A stretch of DNA of 53,606 nt, the filler included, from Bipalium vagum (Eukaryota): NCBI GenBank assembly GCA_037834085.1. It is 3 parts of 3 records of this genome, joined end to end, with 100 filler letters (N's around TTAATTAATTAA, not from the genome) between each part and the next. Parts side by side here need not be neighbours in the genome. Positions count along the whole stretch, not along the records: positions 37,938 to 53,606 come from JBBMKC010153104.1; 2 more parts are not named here. One strand, given 5' to 3'. Made by a program: the position numbers and the translations under genes. Within the stretch, counting starts at the first letter, position 1; each line of letters starts with the position of its first letter. Of this stretch, positions 51,270 through 53,606 are shown piece after piece. The notes beneath the pieces are model-generated. The model worked only from the letters and a program-made list of their open reading frames with translations, ran no database searches and was not told where the DNA came from.

Positions 51270-52756
51270 ATATTTAGTTTTTTATCCAATGTTTAGCTGA
51301 AAAGTTCCTGGGCTGTTGTTATTCCAAAAGGCATTTGATTGAAACAGAGTTGTCCCCCTTTCGTAGAGAAAGCAGGTTTTTCCTTTGATGCGTCTTCTAA
51401 TTCTATTTGATAGTATGCTTTACCTAGATCAATTCAACTGAAAATATATGCTCCTCCGAGAATATCCATTATTTCCTCAACATTTGGCATCGGGAAAGCT
51501 GGTCTTTCTGTCACCGCATTCAATTGTCTGAAGTCGAAAAAAACTCACAGATCCATTTTATCCTTTTTCCACACACATATCAGAGATGTGTTCCGTGTAG
51601 AATTACATTTCTTAATAATTTTCTTATCGAATAAGTTTTTTATGGCCTTCCAAATCTTTTCCTCTATATTTATTGGTTGCCTAATCGGCTTGACATTGAT
51701 TAGCTCTCCTTTTGTTTTGATTTCATGCTTCATGATATGCGTTCGACCAATATCCCATTTATCAGCCATGAATGCATTTCAGTATTTCTGAATGATTAAT
51801 CTAAGTTTATTGTCGCCTATTGTATCTATTTAGATAAAAGATTTCTTGATTCTTTCGTTCGTTTGTTTTAATATTCCAAACTTTGGTTCAATATTACACA
51901 AATTTCCATTGAAATCTTTGTCATTGCCTTTTACCATATTTTTCCCGATTCTTATTGTTTCCGTTGTATGGCTATACTCTGAATTGTCTCCCTCACAACG
52001 TATTTTATATCTGAATAACCTTTAAAAATTGATTGCCGTTGATTGCTTTGATCATCATCTGTATTGTGAGCTGTTTTTCTAGCAGATCGTGGGACACTGC
52101 TTTCTTAACCAGTTTGTCTATGTTCTTGAAAAATATTTGAATTGGTTCATTTTCTCTTCGGTTAATCAGAGGTTTTTTCAATCTACAACCATGTCTGTTG
52201 GTCAAATAAATGACAGTCGTAGACTATCTTCATAGCCTACAATTTTTCCGCATGTCTTTGCATATTCGTCGACAATATCTTCATCCAGTATATCAGGTTG
52301 TGTAGTATGAAATTTGTAAAATTAAAAACAAAGTTTATTAATAAATTTGATTTATATGATCTAAAATAGTTTTTTGGTGACACCAAACTTTACAGACAAT
52401 TCCTGGGCACTCTGACATGGGTTAGACTCAATGATCATCTTTAATTTGTCGTTGCACACCTTTGATTCTGGACGACCACGTGGCTCACTATTTTCATTAC
52501 CTACAAATTTCATACTACACAACCTGATACAATAAATCAATGATTCACTTCTTTTGGATGGAATGTACTGTGCTTCGAAATATCTGTGTACTTGTGCAAT
52601 GAACTTTTCGACATCATCTCCTCTGAATAGCACCTTCGGCAACAATCGTACAGGTATCGAGTCAGCTTGTGTGGTGGCCATGTTCGCAATTAAAGTCTGC
52701 TTAAAACATTTATTAAACACAAATTTGAAAACTACCTTTTTACTAAGATCAGTCAA
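51270..52756 (-). mobile_element. Degenerate Ty3/Gypsy gag-pol (gag and reverse transcriptase fragments)
   Basis: gag-like LPKVLFRGDDVEKFIAQVHRYFEA. RT region DIGRTHIMKHEIKT...VWKKD..DFRQLNAVTERPAFPMPNVEEIMD...IDLGKAYYQI...PAFST...MPFG. Confidence 0.88.
52293..52527 (-). mobile_element. 235-bp mariner-derived MITE inserted in Gypsy gag
   Basis: Perfect 26-bp TIRs TCAGGTTGTGTAGTATGAAATTTGTA with a TA target duplication. The interior encodes EPRGRPE...IIESNPCQSAQELSVKFGV (mariner HTH). Confidence 0.93.
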
Positions 52757-52844
52757 TTCAAACTAATCCATTTAAATTGTATTCGCAATTAATATATAAT
52801 AAATTTATATTAATTAAAAAATTATGACGACTTAAGATTTTCCT

Positions 52845-53150
52845 TATAACTTAGAAACTCAGGCTCACATCTTGAATTCATGTAAATCATTTCCTCTAGG
52901 TAAGAATATAAAACATAACAATGCATTAGAAGTTTGTGGAAATTACTTACAACACATTGGATTTAATGTAGACATAGACTTGAAACCTATCGAACTTTAA
53001 AAAACCACAAGACTTAGACCAGATTTAATAATTCGTGATAATAATAATAAAAAGCCACTTACTCGACATGAAAGTGTCATATGATATGAAAATTGACTTT
53101 AAAAAAGTGAGAGATATAAAAAACTTAAACCACGTTTACAAGAAAAATAG
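52845..53150 (+). mobile_element. C-terminal fragment of an RLE-type (R2/NeSL-like) non-LTR retrotransposon
   Basis: ETQAHILNSC (CCHC knuckle), KHNNAL (RHN motif) and RLRPDLIIRD...HLLDMKVSYD (PD-(D/E)xK restriction-like endonuclease). Confidence 0.8.
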
Positions 53151-53539
53151 AACCATTTTTGAATTAATGAAAATCTATAATTAAGCTAATTTAATGATTA
53201 TTAATGACTATTTCTTGTTCCCATCATTTCTTTTGTATGCAGTTCTCTCTATTTCGTTCTTTTTCTCACACTATTCCTAAAAGTTTCTACACTTAATATA
53301 TCTGCAATCCTTATTATCTAATATCATACTCTCTGTTTACTTCTCTTTTCTTCTTACTTCTTCGCTGCCTTTTCTCGTGTAATGGTTTTTCAGGGCATAT
53401 TAGAAGGTAGCAGAAATGGAAAATTAATCTAAATCAAAAATCAAAAATACTGAAAATGCAAGAGGAAGATGAGGCAAATGTTCATCCACCTCAAAAGAAA
53501 TTCGTTTTTAAAAAATACATTTTTGTTTATTATATTTAA

Positions 53540-53606
53540 CCCTTTCGCTGCTCCACACGTATATATTCGCAAAAAAAACTTGTGTATCATACGCTCCCGA
53601 CGAATA
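53540..53606 (+). mobile_element. Probable piggyBac terminus
   Basis: TTAA followed by CCCTTTCG, a typical piggyBac end; the other end would lie outside the window. Confidence 0.45.

Overview
Very AT-rich eukaryotic genomic DNA with spliceosomal introns and many decayed transposons. The protein and TE repertoire suggests a planarian flatworm (inference). The window is three contigs joined by artificial 100-nt linkers (N44-TTAATTAATTAA-N44 at 18374-18473 and 37838-37937), so adjacency across them is unproven. Host genes: a divergent DDX18/Has1-like DEAD-box helicase (+), the 3' part of ATR kinase (-), a PWWP2A/B-like chromatin reader (+; first exon missed by the ORF track), an apparently complete TTI1 (+), and the 3' part of a MINDY1/2 (FAM63) deubiquitinase (+). 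Introns and intergenic DNA hold remnants of Polinton/Maverick elements (pPolB, integrase, PLA2-like protein, adenain-like protease), Gypsy LTR elements, NeSL/R2-type non-LTR elements (Ulp1 protease; RLE endonuclease), mariner, Tc1, DD37E, DD41D and pogo elements, a piggyBac end, and a Merlin element with both ends intact and unusual 30-bp arrays. I found no CRISPR array, tRNA or rRNA. All protein assignments come from manual translation and motif recognition, not database searches. The most unusual items are the Polinton PLA2-integrase-protease cassette, the Ulp1-bearing retroelement, an unexplained GACC-GGTC hairpin repeat present twice, and the Merlin direct-repeat arrays.
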